Shown piece by piece: positions 37,601 to 47,586 of a stretch of DNA of 64,000 nt. The stretch spans positions 27,156,001 through 27,220,000 of the forward strand of contig CM060731.1 of the NCBI GenBank assembly GCA_030704615.1. Reading direction: 5' to 3'. Every line of letters begins with the position of its first letter. The first letter of the stretch is position 1. The position numbers and the translations under genes are program-made. This DNA is from Takakia lepidozioides (lineage: Eukaryota > Plantae > Bryophyta). The notes below the pieces were generated by a model that did no database searches, was not told the DNA's origin, and saw only the letters and a program-made list of their open reading frames with translations.

Positions 37601-40600
37601 CGTCGGATTTGGACTTGGTGTACCCCCACCTCTCGTGTGTACCCAGTCTTCTTGGCCCGTTGGTTGTAAATACAATGGCTGGTATTATGATTGTTCATAT
37701 GACAAATATCACAGTATTTGTCCTTCATATGGCATTCCGTTGCCAGGTGTCCTGCAGTCCCGCATTTGTGACACCATGTTGCCTTTCGTGGCCCTTCATC
37801 TTTAAAATTCTTGATAGCCTCTGCTATCTTCTGATCCAAAGTGGTTTTGTCAATCACTTCTTTCTTCTTTTGCTTGGGCTTTTCTTCATCATCAGAGTCT
37901 CCTTCCTCCAAGAGATCCTTGGAATATTTGCTTCTGCTCTGATGGAATCCCAATTCCAACTTCTTTGCAGTCCCTACCGCTTCAGCCAAAGTGTTGTTAG
38001 GCATGACTGTAACCATGGTTACGTATTCAGGACGAAGTCCATTGATGAACCATGATTTTTGCAAATCATCCCCTGGTGCTTGAGGTAGTTTCCTGATCAG
38101 AGTCTTCATTCTCTCCAGGTAGTCGACTACCAATTCTTTCTTTTTCTGTCTTAGGTTCTGTAATCATGTGAAGATTTCAGACGTGGATTTGTTGGATCTA
38201 TATCTTTCTTGAAACGCGGCTCTCATATCCGCCCAATTTGCAAAGTGATTGGCTGGGAAGGTTGCCAACCATTCAATGCCTTTCCGGGCCATTGAACAAG
38301 GAAATAGTCGGATCTTCTCTTGGTCTGTTGCTTCATTGTAAATGGTGCACATGTTTTCAAATTGATTAAGATGGATATCTGGATCAGATTTCCCATCATA
38401 TAAAGGAAATGGTGGTCTAGTTTTGCTTGCTGCTAAAGCCATTGGTGCAGCTGGTACAACTGGTGCTGCTGGTGCAACTGGTTGTCCAAACTGGGATGGT
38501 CTCGCTGCTGCTGGCTGTGGTGGTGTTGGTGTTTGTCTTCCAAACAGTGATTCAAAGCTAGGAGGTCCTTGTCCCAATGATAATCGTCTTCCAGCTGCTG
38601 TCCCTAGCTTAATGAATCTTTAAAAGCTTTGAGTGCAGTTCTGGTTATCATTTCTGGAGAAGTGCTTTCACTTCTTTCACCTTCTTCACTCAAAATGTTC
38701 TCAAATCTTTCTTCTAATATTTCAGCAAAACCTCGATTTGGGCTTGTTACTGTAGAAGGTCTTTCAGATCTTTTTTGTGGTAACCATTCACCAAGTACAT
38801 TACTGGCAACTTCTTCTGGTGTAGTGTTCCCACTTCCCACCGATCCGATTTCCCGATCTTCTGGTTTATCACTGTTTGATGTCTCACCTTGAATAATTTT
38901 CAAGTTCTGTAATTCTGGGAACTCTTCTCTTAACCGAGCCTCCCTTTCTGCAGCATATTTCTCTATTCGTTCAGCTATGTCTTGTTTAGCTTTTTCTTTA
39001 ATTTCCTCATTCATTCCCACATCATATGTAGAATTCCTTTTCGGTACCCTTTAAACAGTCTTGGTATGTCAGTAAAGAAAATTTATAGTGTCTCTACCCT
39101 TTCTTCAAGATTTATCCTATCTTGCAAGAATCCGTATTACGACTTAATTTTCCTTTTTACTGATTGATCACCAAACTTTTAATGGGCACAATAATACCAT
39201 CTGTCTTTTTCAGTGTATCTGACTTGCAATAAGTCTTTGGGTATCCAGTACTCCACTGTTTCTATGATCGTGTGACAATATTCATAATTTGAACATCCTT
39301 CTCTGAAAATATAACTAGTGTAGCAAACTTTTCTGATTGGTATTAGAGTAATCAATAGAGCTAGACGAGACAACCACTCTTCACTTCTAATCCTACATTC
39401 CCAAGGTGCTCGTGTAATACTGATCACTACTCCCTTCAATCCCCATTTGTCATCTTCTTTCGCGACTGAAAGAAAAAAAATTCTGTTGTATTGCTCTTGG
39501 TAAACCATGAAATTTTTCCAGGAATGTTTTCCATTCCTTTGCTTCTGTTGACTCGTTCTGTTGTGATTTCAAGAAATCACTCAGTAACCATCCTTCTTTG
39601 AGTACTTTTGAACTCAACATACCGTTAGTCCCAAGTATGGTCGCCAAATGTTAACCGCTGGTTTATGACTTAGACAAAACAGGCGATTAACACTACTGCC
39701 CATTTCCTAAGCACTCAGTATAACCTCTTGGTCACAAAACTTGCACACCGCATGCTCAACGTGACTACCTAATCTTAGAGATCTGTACTGTGTGTGAAGC
39801 ATTGGTTTAAGTTAGGAGCTAAAAGATAGCTGAAAGATAACTCTAAATAGTATGCAGGTAAAACTGAGTTGCATAGCCACAAATACTCATTTTATATTCA
39901 TTCAGTTGTATTTCTCTATCACGATGAATGTTCTCCAAGGTAATAGGGTGCACAGGTTTTTCTTAATGTTACTTTCCCTCCTTCCTAACCTTGTTGACTT
40001 GCTATAAGGTATGCAAGAGAGTAGTCACTGCCTCTACAGAGAGAAGTAAAGAAACTGACAATCTCAACTTGCAACTCCAGAAAATGTCAGAGAGTAGTCA
40101 TTGCTCATATTGCAGTATGGACCATTATCTCAACTGTAAAATGGGAGTCCATTAGAAATTCAATCAAATAATTTTGTCACAAAACCATGGCTCTCTAAGA
40201 CCCATCTCTCTGAAGCGGTAGAAACACCGTTGTATAAAGAACTGTTGCACATTGTCATGCAATTTGTTCGCAAAAAATGTTGTTATTAGTGTGGAGCAAC
40301 GCGAAGCTCTAGTTATATATATAGTTAAACCCACACTCGATGTGAAGTGCTAATGAGTTTACTGGTTATTTTTTGGTGACTCAATAAGTGTTATATAGCG
40401 TAGAGGTCTTGAGTTCAATTAATATTTAAGGTGAAAGTGTGGTCCATTATTCATTAGGTACCACGAGTTAGATGGATAACGTCACTTGATGAGTTGGATG
40501 GTGTTTTGTATCAGTCTTGGGAGCAGTTGAGAGCGGGTGATAAGATAACATACATCGTAGTTATATATAGTGACTATGCACTATATCACTAACCTAGCAA

Positions 40601-43600
40601 ATTGGGAAATCTCAAAGTATAGGTGTTGTGGCAATCCGCTATTATTATTTTCTGAAGACCTTCCATGGGTAGTGGCACCATACCATTAATTGTTCACTGC
40701 AAATAATCAAGCTTCTCATATTTGCAAGACATCTCTATATTCAACTATGTGATTTTAGACAAAAGCCCAAAATTTCATAGAAGAAGAGAGACCCTCACCT
40801 ACACCCGTCCCGAAATCGTAATAGATTTCTTTTAGAAGAGTCTATGTTGGATAAGTTTGTATTGAAGCTGTCGTAATCCGTGGTTATGAAAACACCACAA
40901 GCATATCATATGGATTAGTGAGGATGTATGAGATGAATAAACCACTTGGATTAAAACCATGCAAGGGAATCATAAAAGTATATCACTTAGCCACCACCAC
41001 CTCAAGTGTTTGGAAGCTGCATCGACAGCATGGCAGGCTGCCAATTCCATACCAATAGCGACAAGTTGGATCTGTCCAAACATACATCCGGGGGGCTCAA
41101 GTTGGGTGCCAGCTGGCGGCCTTCGGCGCCGCATTTCCATCCGGGGGCTCAAGTTGGGTGTCAGCTGTCTTCCCCCCCCCCTCCGAGAAGGTTTCATCCA
41201 ACTCCCACCGGATGGATATTCGGCGCCGCATTTCCATCCTGTGGGCTCAAGTTGTATTGCAATCCAGCAAAACTGGAGCCAACGCCACTAGTTACCAGAG
41301 AATAATAAAGCCAAGAAGAAATTCTAGAGGTCTGGTCAGAAGAGTGTGACAGAGGTACTGTTTTCAACGTACTTTCTTTGTTCATATAGTGCATATTAAC
41401 AACTCATAGAGAGTCATGTGGCTAGAAGTATTGAGTGTCATTGACTTGATTTACTACAGTGTTTGGGGGGGGGGGGGTGGTTGGGGGTTATAACGGTTGT
41501 GTGACGCCCTTGTCATTGCAGATGGGGTCTGGAGCATCCCTACCCACGGGCACCCGTCACACCCACAACGTCGCAAATGTGAGATGTCCATGGGGTTGCA
41601 GATCAATATTTAACTACGTCCCAATCTTTTACTTCTCACGCATCGCATTTTTTGTGATGGATTTTCGTCGCAAATTGTTGCGAACCCCTTGGTGTTGCAA
41701 AGAAAATCAAAATAAACAAACAAAACATAACCTTGTTTTTAATATTTTCATAACTCTTTGATCAAGTTTTTTGCAAACCATGTGTGTGGTAAGTTAGCAA
41801 TGACTTGATAGAGGTGTTGTCTGAAAATAAAAATGCAATATAATGACCTAACAACTATTCGCATTACACAACCTACTCTCTATCATGGAATAGTATAACA
41901 GTTCATGAGAAACCATAACCATTCTGCCTATCTCGGCAGCAAATCTAAGATGGTAGATAAACCTGTATTCGGTCATATACAATAACACTACCACCTACCC
42001 CCATCACCTTTATGGATATGGAATCAATGTTGTATCTAGATCAAGAGCAAATATGATGGTGTCTTCTTTGAAGGTTGTATTGTTTGTAAATTTGTGGTCT
42101 AGTCTAGAGTAGACAGATCATTTCTTGACAAAACAAGACAAGTCATTTAAACTCTCTCATGCCAAGAGACAACAGTAAAAGTAGGAAGAGCATTAGTATT
42201 TCCTAAAGACAACTCATTTCAATGTGGGTACAATAAGCTCATAGATCCATGATAACGGCTATGCTACGAGGGACAGACAACGAGGGTCACAACGAGACAT
42301 ACCGGGTAGTGATGGACGTACACTACCTAAAGCCACAGGCAGAGACGGCTAAGTACGAAGTACTTAGCCAATGGCGGGACAATGATACACTACCACGAGA
42401 GCAGTAGTGGGTAGTGTAGTAACCGTGAGCCGTGAACCACGATATCACACGGCCACGTTAGCATCGGCTTTAACCAATAGAGGGAGTAGTGGACCGTTTA
42501 CCACTATGGCTCACGACCCACTACAACGAGCCACTTTTAGCAAACCTTTTAGGTTGCGTAGGCAGTTAGGCAAACGGTCATTAACAACCGCAAGTTGTAA
42601 CGGCTTTTCGAGCATAGTATAAAAAAACTGCACCCAACTTAGAGAGGGTGCGGTATGAGTATCAGTGATCAATATGTATTCAAAGGGACTCAGAGTAATT
42701 CAGTGTGTACTTCTGTGATGATGTGACGAACTTTGAAGTAAAGCCATGCTTTTCGAAGTATCTCTGTGTAGAGTGAATGTGAGATGGAGAGAATGTGCAT
42801 TATGAGAGAACGTGAGATGGTGAGAATGTGTATCATCTCAGAATAGTTCTTGTTTTCTCTTGACTACCATCTGCTTGTATGAACCAAGAGGCTTCAGTCT
42901 TTTTCGACTAAGATCTTTTATGCTAAAGAGACTGTAGATTGGGCTTAATCAATAGGATTAAGCAGCCTGCATGGATATGGCTTCATACGACGTTCATGGT
43001 TTAGCTATCCTTCAACGATTACTTCGTAATCGTTTTTGAAAGCATACCGTCGGACAACCTCTGTTGCCTACAGAAAGCTTCTCTACCACACCTCTCTCAC
43101 TTGGGTGTGACTACAACTATCCATGCATAATAGAATGCAAGTTCGCTGACCAAAGGTATGTAGTGTACCTCATATATAGTTTCTCTCTCCAAGCCCCTAC
43201 TTTGTTAAGCAGGTACATAATAAGACGGAAAACGAAGTCAATGGCTCCAACCTTATCCACTTCATCTGTAACATCCATACCAGTAGAGAAGATCGTGACT
43301 GCCTACTGGGAATGAAAACCTGGTTATGTGTACATCACCTATGTAAGTGCATGGCCGTTTGGCTTTTACATAGAAACATATTTTGGAAATGATTTTCAGC
43401 CTTTTGGTAAAAATTTGACCTAGCGGACAGACTTCAAGTAGATACTAGTAGGCTTGCAATATGCACAGGGAGAAAGAGATGGTAGTCTTAAACATCCCAT
43501 CTCAGGCCTAGAGGATGGTGAAGAGTGCCATTTCCTGGAATGCACTCAGCCTTCGTTGGCACTTTATCTCCAACTCCTTAATAGAAACATCCCTGGAAAG

Positions 43601-46600
43601 AGTTGATTTCTCCTCATTCAAGGAATACTCCTTGGACAACTGCTCAGTCAAGTGGGGGATAATTTTGAAGGACATTGTCCACCCCGGTATATGCGCACCC
43701 GAAGTCAGATCCCTTGGGCGGGCAGTGAAACCGAGGGAACCCCACAGACTCAAAAGTCTTTTTCTTTTACAAGGGTGAGAGTCTGACTTCGTTTTGCCAA
43801 AGGTGGCACCTCCATTGTGCAAATGGGGTACTCATGTGGTGCTCATGAGTTATTGTTGCTGTAGGGATGGGGGCCGTAATGTATTCGATATCCTCAAGTG
43901 ATACGGAACTTTGTTTTTTTTGGTCGGTTTTCATCATACAAGTCCCCCCATCGACTCTATTCGTTGAACATGGCTGCACAAACTGTTAAAAGATGAACTA
44001 GATGAGATCATTGTAAATTCACTTCATTTTGATTCTAATGTTCAACCAATGTAAGCTTCTTTATAGTTTATTAACATCCGCCCCTAAAAGTAGCAGTACC
44101 CACAAAAGACGAAAAACTCTCATTTTATGCTAGCTTTGGCCACTGTCATCTATTATCTATTTCTAGTTTATCAATGACATTATTATTAAAATTTCTCAAA
44201 CATGTTATAATAATACATCTCACTCTAGATCATATTTAGGGGGAAAATTGTTTACGTAGAGTTAAGGATTGCCTTCTTATGTGTTCATTTACTAATTTGA
44301 CCATTGCAAACATGATTGCATGTTGGTGTTATAGAGGCTTACTTCATCATTATGATTGTGATTGGAAGTTATTTCATGGTGAATATATGTGTTGCTGCTA
44401 TTAGTAGTGTGTTCCTTAGAGTGAGACAAGAACACCAGGTTGGTACATTGCCTTAGTAATCTTGTTTATTATAATTTATCATCACGATGTCTAGACATTC
44501 ACGTGTTTAAAAAATTTCACCTATTTTATCTCAAAAAATTATATTTTAATAAGTAAATTTGGATAAGAAACAAAATGCATATCTCTCAAAAAGTTATGAA
44601 GAATGTTATGACAAAATAAAAAGAAAGAGAAAACAAAGATGAAGACGAAATAAAATCACAACTCCAGCCAAAGCCAATATAATTAAGAGTCAGTTTGTCT
44701 CATAGCTATTGCTTCATTTCGGGGTTTGCTCAATGTTACATATTTTACAATTTACATAAGTGTTTATATGTTATATGCAGATTCTTTTGAAGAAACATCG
44801 ACGTGAAAAGATGTTTACATTTCATAATGCCATTATGTTAGCAAATGTTCTTAAAGACGTTATTCGTTACGATGATGCAGTAGTCAAACCAACATGGAAG
44901 AACTACATTAAAAGAAGAACAACTCATATTGCAACAAACGTCACCAGTTTTGTACGTCAAAATACCACAAAAATGAAACACACATTTGATAGTGGTTCTT
45001 TCTTTCAAAGGTCATTACGTAGAGGATTATCATTTCAAGGAAGGTGGTGGGAGACCGATGAAGATGAAGACGACGATGAGGATGACTACAATGACGATTT
45101 AAATTCTTCTTCAAGATCATCCAATCAAAAGAAAAAAATCGGTCTTAATAGAAGCCTTAGTCGTTCCCGTAGTTTAACTCGTAGTATCTCGAGAAATACT
45201 CGTATTGCAGTTCGAAGAACAAATAGTACAATCCAACATATTTTTCATAGTCGCTTATATAGATATATTGAATTAGCACTAATTACTACTAATTTTGTAA
45301 TTCTTTGCAACTACAAGGCAAACATGTCAGAGACCATGCTATCACGAATACGTATCCTCAAAAACAAAATCCTATACTTATTACATTGAGAGATTTAAAA
45401 ATATTAGAAATATATACCAGTGTTGTACTGATATGTGCCAATCGGCCGGGGTATGTGCAAGGGTATAATTAAGGGTATGCCAAAACCAACCTGGCTGGTA
45501 TGTCATGCAGCCTATACCCCGGGTGTGTGTAGAACTTAGGGTTTAAGGTTCCAATCATACCCAAACTAATACCATACCAGTCACAGTAAGTGGCGGAGCA
45601 ATACTGCGATTGCAGTATTCAGGAGGAGTGTTTCGAGATGGGAGGGGTAGCAGTTATGGCGTACAATGGTCATCGTACAAGATACAATGTGCAGGATTTC
45701 TTCATTTTTTTTCATGGCAGCCAGCCTTTCTCCCAATTGTTACAATCTAACCTTACAATACAAAGACCTTCACTAATTCATGATGAGCAACACAAATTAA
45801 AAGAGTATGATGAATTAAATGGAGTATGGTGAATGTTGGGGTATACCATACCATTGTACATATTGCCCCAGTATGTCATTTGAAGTTTTGCCATGCCTAC
45901 GACCAGGGTATCTCAAAATTGGAAATACCCATACCCATCCTACAACCTACCCTGGCCAGTCCTAATCTACATTGGCCCTAACAGTTGGACCCAACAGCCC
46001 AGTTGGACCCAACAGCCAAGTTGGACATACCAGGACCAGTCTGGTATGCCAAAATGGACATACCAGTACAACATTGATATATACCCTAAAAACTCTCAGG
46101 GGACATAATATGATGATTCTATTTTGATGGATTTAATTGGAAATAGATACTTTGGAGATTGTAATGCTCATAGCATTTATTTTGGAGATGGCTATACGAA
46201 TCACTGTTTTAGGATGGAGCAAGTACATTTCGGATGGTACATAAATTATTATGTATATTGCTAAACAAATTATTTATCTTATAACAACAATGGTTTTTTA
46301 AAAACTAATTAATGGGTTAAACATGCACCTAAGCATCCTGCCACAACATATCTGAATACACTTGAATTTTAGAATAGATTTAGTTTTTATACATTAATAT
46401 ATTAAATAAGTGTTTTGCTCATTATTGGGTCGATAAATAGGAATTTGTGATTTTTAAATGAAGTAACATGAGTATAACATTAGCATACATTTATATATAT
46501 ACATATATCTGTTCATTATTGGGTTGATGGATGATTAGAAGTTATGGGTTTTATCAATGATGTGTTTAAGTTGGTTATCTCTATTTATTATTCATGATAT

Positions 46601-47586
46601 ATTTAAATATTTATAGTTGAATGTATTGTATTGTGTGCAATGATTCTGAATGTACAATGGCATGTTCTTGTAACAGTGATGAATACCTTGGATTTAATTG
46701 TAGTAATCATATCATTTTTTGCCGTGTCATCTCGAAAATTCCCAAATATCTCAGTAATCAGGTTATTGCGGTTATTTCACAACCCCAACCATAATGTAGA
46801 CGGAACAAAATCGTCTTCTCCATTGGTTAGTTCCTCAATAAATCATAATTCAAACTTTTGGAAATGCATTCATTTATTTTACTGCATTTGAGTGATCACA
46901 TATTAATGAAGTGTTTGACACATAAGTTTTCTTTGACAACCTAATTTGAATATATGAAGTTTGTAGTACACAAAATGTTGTGTTGAAAACAAATTCTTCT
47001 AGACATGTATGGGGAATTTATTCTTCGTCTTAATATATCTCGGGCTTATGGGCAATTATTATCTGCAGGCAATATGTATTAAGAGCCTTAGAGAGTTAGG
47101 AGGTCTATTATTTTTCTTCATCATTGTAGTTCTTATATATGGGATAATTGGAATGGAACTTTATGGTGGTCAGTTCAATAATTTTTCTGATGGATATCCT
47201 CGTGAAAATTATGATAGTATATTGCAATCGATGCTTACTTGGTTTACTATAACCACCGGTGAAAGTTGGATCAATCAATTGTGGAATTCTATGCGACCTG
47301 AAATCCGTTATAGGTAATAACATAATTAATTAAATTATCAGTTAATGTGATTTCTAAATACTGTAAATGACTAATAATTTAATTTAATTTAATTTTGAAT
47401 TTTATAATCTACTATATATATGAATAATCAACCCACACTCAAATCATACGATATGACAGGTGGATTACACCTTTTTTGTACATATTCTACTACATCATCA
47501 CTGCTTATATCATTGTTAATCTTATTATTGCTGTTATTCTTGAGAACACCGAGCTTTCAGATACCAAGAAGAAAAAGATTCAAAAG
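19692..47586 (+). CDS. Four-domain-type voltage-gated cation channel alpha subunit (Cav/Nav/NALCN/Cch1 family), exons 1-16 = N-terminus + repeats I and II; 3' part beyond window
   Basis: 16 GT-AG exons with mutually compatible phases, 2616 nt, no stops. S1-S6 twice, Cys-rich repeat I pore loop, NPNYGATNFD, filters ISFEGW and TTGESW. Confidence 0.9.
21234..21336. mobile_element. ~100-bp foldback MITE
   Basis: Near-perfect hairpin TAGGGTGAAAGCCTC..GGCCATTACGTGGTCCT / AGGACCACGTAATGGCC..GAGGCTTTAGCCTA. No clear TSD. Confidence 0.6.
21450..21845. mobile_element. PIF/Harbinger (Tourist-like) MITE
   Basis: TIRs AGAGCATCTCCAC / GTGGAGATGCTCT. Confidence 0.8.
22011..23147. mobile_element. Non-autonomous MULE-like element with degenerate TIRs
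   Basis: Perfect 9-bp TSD agcaagcat (22002-22010 / 23148-23156). GGGGA start, CACGGTAG near the end, GTGAGC/GCTCAC subterminal motifs as in 112-1616. Confidence 0.75.
22537..23017. repeat. Five ~58-bp palindromic repeats separated by A-rich spacers
   Basis: CTTTCATTTCTCAAATCAAGGTTGCGTCAACGCAAGGTTGATTTGCATCACCCC at about 22537, 22644, 22751, 22846 and 22958. Confidence 0.9.
23697..25883. mobile_element. Harbinger-type MITE interrupted by a non-LTR element
   Basis: TIRs GGGCCGGGTTCCATGGGCA / TGCCCATGGAACCCGACTC with a TTA TSD on both sides. Confidence 0.75.
23884..25604 (+). mobile_element. 5'-truncated non-LTR retrotransposon with RNase H + zinc finger + restriction-like endonuclease (Dualen/RandI-like)
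   Basis: YTDGS, RAELMAI, KVRSHTGIAGNEEAD (RNase H); CPLC..DTWPHLL..C; RHN, PDIL, IEFTYC, KRQKY (REL). (CT)n tail. TSD taagtttt(a/g)g. Confidence 0.85.
26604..26850 (+). mobile_element. Probable tRNA-derived SINE (second family)
   Basis: A-box-like TAGCTTAGTTGG, B-box-like GGGTCAAATC, A-rich end. Confidence 0.4.
27126..27381 (+). CDS. Channel exon 2 (cytosolic N-terminus)
   Basis: tag| ... |gtgagt; open frame. Confidence 0.75.
27693..27817 (+). CDS. Channel exon 3 (pre-S1, LGLMPPKHPIRKYLF)
   Basis: cag| ... |gtatcc; resembles the family pre-IS1 motif. Confidence 0.85.
28038..28175 (+). CDS. Channel exon 4 (IS1-IS2)
   Basis: EYLLLAIICSHVIVLTL..DIVLTVIYT; cag| ... |gtaag. Confidence 0.85.
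28570..28677 (+). CDS. Channel exon 5 (IS2-IS3)
   Basis: ECALRIVTLGF..YLRNNYNKLDFII, a canonical family motif. Confidence 0.92.
28912..29026 (+). CDS. Channel exon 6 (IS4)
   Basis: RFAALRVFRGLLTLR; cag| ... |gtaagt. Confidence 0.9.
29147..29271 (+). CDS. Channel exon 7 (IS5)
   Basis: SLAPLANVFLFLAIIISFYALMGVHYFGGTL. Confidence 0.9.
29566..29692 (+). CDS. Channel exon 8 (Cys-rich extracellular loop)
   Basis: CVR..FCGN..C..C; phases compatible. Confidence 0.85.
30296..30367 (+). CDS. Channel exon 9 (pore helix I)
   Basis: GNPNYGATNFDTFSYALLSLFQ. Confidence 0.92.
30608..30677 (+). CDS. Channel exon 10 (selectivity filter I)
   Basis: VISFEGWALLMY. Confidence 0.92.
31345..31460 (-). mobile_element. 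tRNA-derived SINE copy
   Basis: Reverse complement similar to 32297-32357. Confidence 0.55.
31955..32088 (-). mobile_element. tRNA-derived SINE copy
   Basis: Reverse complement TAGCCTAGTGTAATGGGCACATAG..GTGAGTTGAATCC. Confidence 0.55.
32297..32420 (+). mobile_element. tRNA-derived SINE copy
   Basis: GATGGCCTAGTGGCTAGGGCACAAG..GAGTTCAAAGCC (A and B boxes). Another truncated copy at about 47895-47948. Confidence 0.6.
32614..33494 (-). repeat. Element A 3' LTR (881 bp, TGATAAC...GTTAACA)
   Basis: Matches 39649-39711 directly and 42250-43067 in inverted orientation; adjacent polypurine tract. Confidence 0.92.
33539..35805 (-). pseudogene. Element A 3' accessory ORF (coiled coil, T/P linker, conserved C-terminal domain), 5'-truncated
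   Basis: ORFs 35500-35793, 34390-35445, 33970-34182 and 33539-33823; homologous to 60171-62950. Confidence 0.75.
35806..37264 (-). pseudogene. pol: Element A aspartic protease and first ~90 aa of RT
   Basis: [10 protein letters not shown]; [38 protein letters not shown], then an abrupt break. Confidence 0.9.
37234..39020 (-). pseudogene. gag: Element A Gag (capsid + three CCHC knuckles)
   Basis: PPFPLYDGKSDPDIHL..RLFPCS..W; WFINGLRP; CHKC/CDIC/CHYC knuckles; premature stops. Confidence 0.88.
39040..39620 (-). pseudogene. Element A 5' accessory ORF directly downstream of the PBS
   Basis: ORFs 39450-39647 and 39179-39508, frameshifted at a T run; homologous to 51870-52433. Confidence 0.7.
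39629..39646 (-). other. Primer binding site TGGCGACCATACTTGGGA (tRNA-Arg-like)
   Basis: 2 nt inside the LTR end; 17/18 identical to the PBS of element B. tRNA assignment is inferred from resemblance to Ogre/Tat Arg-type PBSs. Confidence 0.8.
42250..43067 (+). repeat. Inverted major part of element A 5' LTR
   Basis: Reverse complement of 32681-33494; preceded by ATCCA, the reverse complement of TSD TGGAT. Confidence 0.92.
44078..44165 (+). mobile_element. Degenerate copy of the structured non-LTR 3' end
   Basis: CCCCTAAAAGTAGCAGTACC..CGAA..CTC..ATGCTAGCTTTGGCC..GTCATCT resembles 25530-25604. Confidence 0.45.
44335..44438 (+). CDS. Channel exon 11 (IS6)
   Basis: YFIIMIVIGSYFMVNICVAAI; phase matches exon 10 across a 13.66 kb intron. 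Confidence 0.9.
44781..45351 (+). CDS. Channel exon 12 (I-II linker, IIS1)
   Basis: Long open frame, cag| ... |gtatcc; ends YIELALITTNFVILC. Confidence 0.88.
45418..46076. mobile_element. hAT-type MITE
   Basis: TIRs CAGTGTTGTACTGATATG / CATACCAGTACAACATTG; perfect 8-bp TSD ATATATAC. Confidence 0.9.
46147..46236 (+). CDS. Channel exon 13 (IIS2)
   Basis: LEIVMLIAFILEMAIRITVLGWSKYISD. Confidence 0.9.
46677..46825 (+). CDS. Channel exon 14 (IIS3-IIS4)
   Basis: NTLDLIVVIIS..SVIRLLRLF. Confidence 0.88.
47069..47313 (+). CDS. Channel exon 15 (IIS5, pore II)
   Basis: YGIIGMELYGG..PRENYDS..FTITTGESW. Confidence 0.93.
47460..47586 (+). CDS. Channel exon 16 (IIS6)
   Basis: VNLIIAVILENTELSDTKKKKIQK|gtaat. 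Confidence 0.92.

Larger units (their letters stand above)
32614..39711 (-). mobile_element. Ty3/gypsy non-chromovirus LTR retrotransposon (element A), internally deleted; rest of its 5' LTR relocated to 42250-43067
   Basis: 3' LTR 32614-33494, PPT 33501-33515, PBS 39629-39646, gag, protease, start of RT, accessory ORFs; TSD TGGAT. Confidence 0.92.

Noticed and set aside
41080-41292. Helitron 3' end with short GC-rich repeats
   Set aside because: Ends in CTAGT but no convincing hairpin or 5' TC boundary.
43500-43990. Host gene exons (minus-strand ORFs)
   Set aside because: No coherent splice structure; probably a decayed TE fragment, not assignable.
19692-47586. Two-pore channel TPC1
   Set aside because: No EF hands in the linker, Cys-rich repeat I pore loop, EGW/ESW filters, and the last exon ends at a splice donor.
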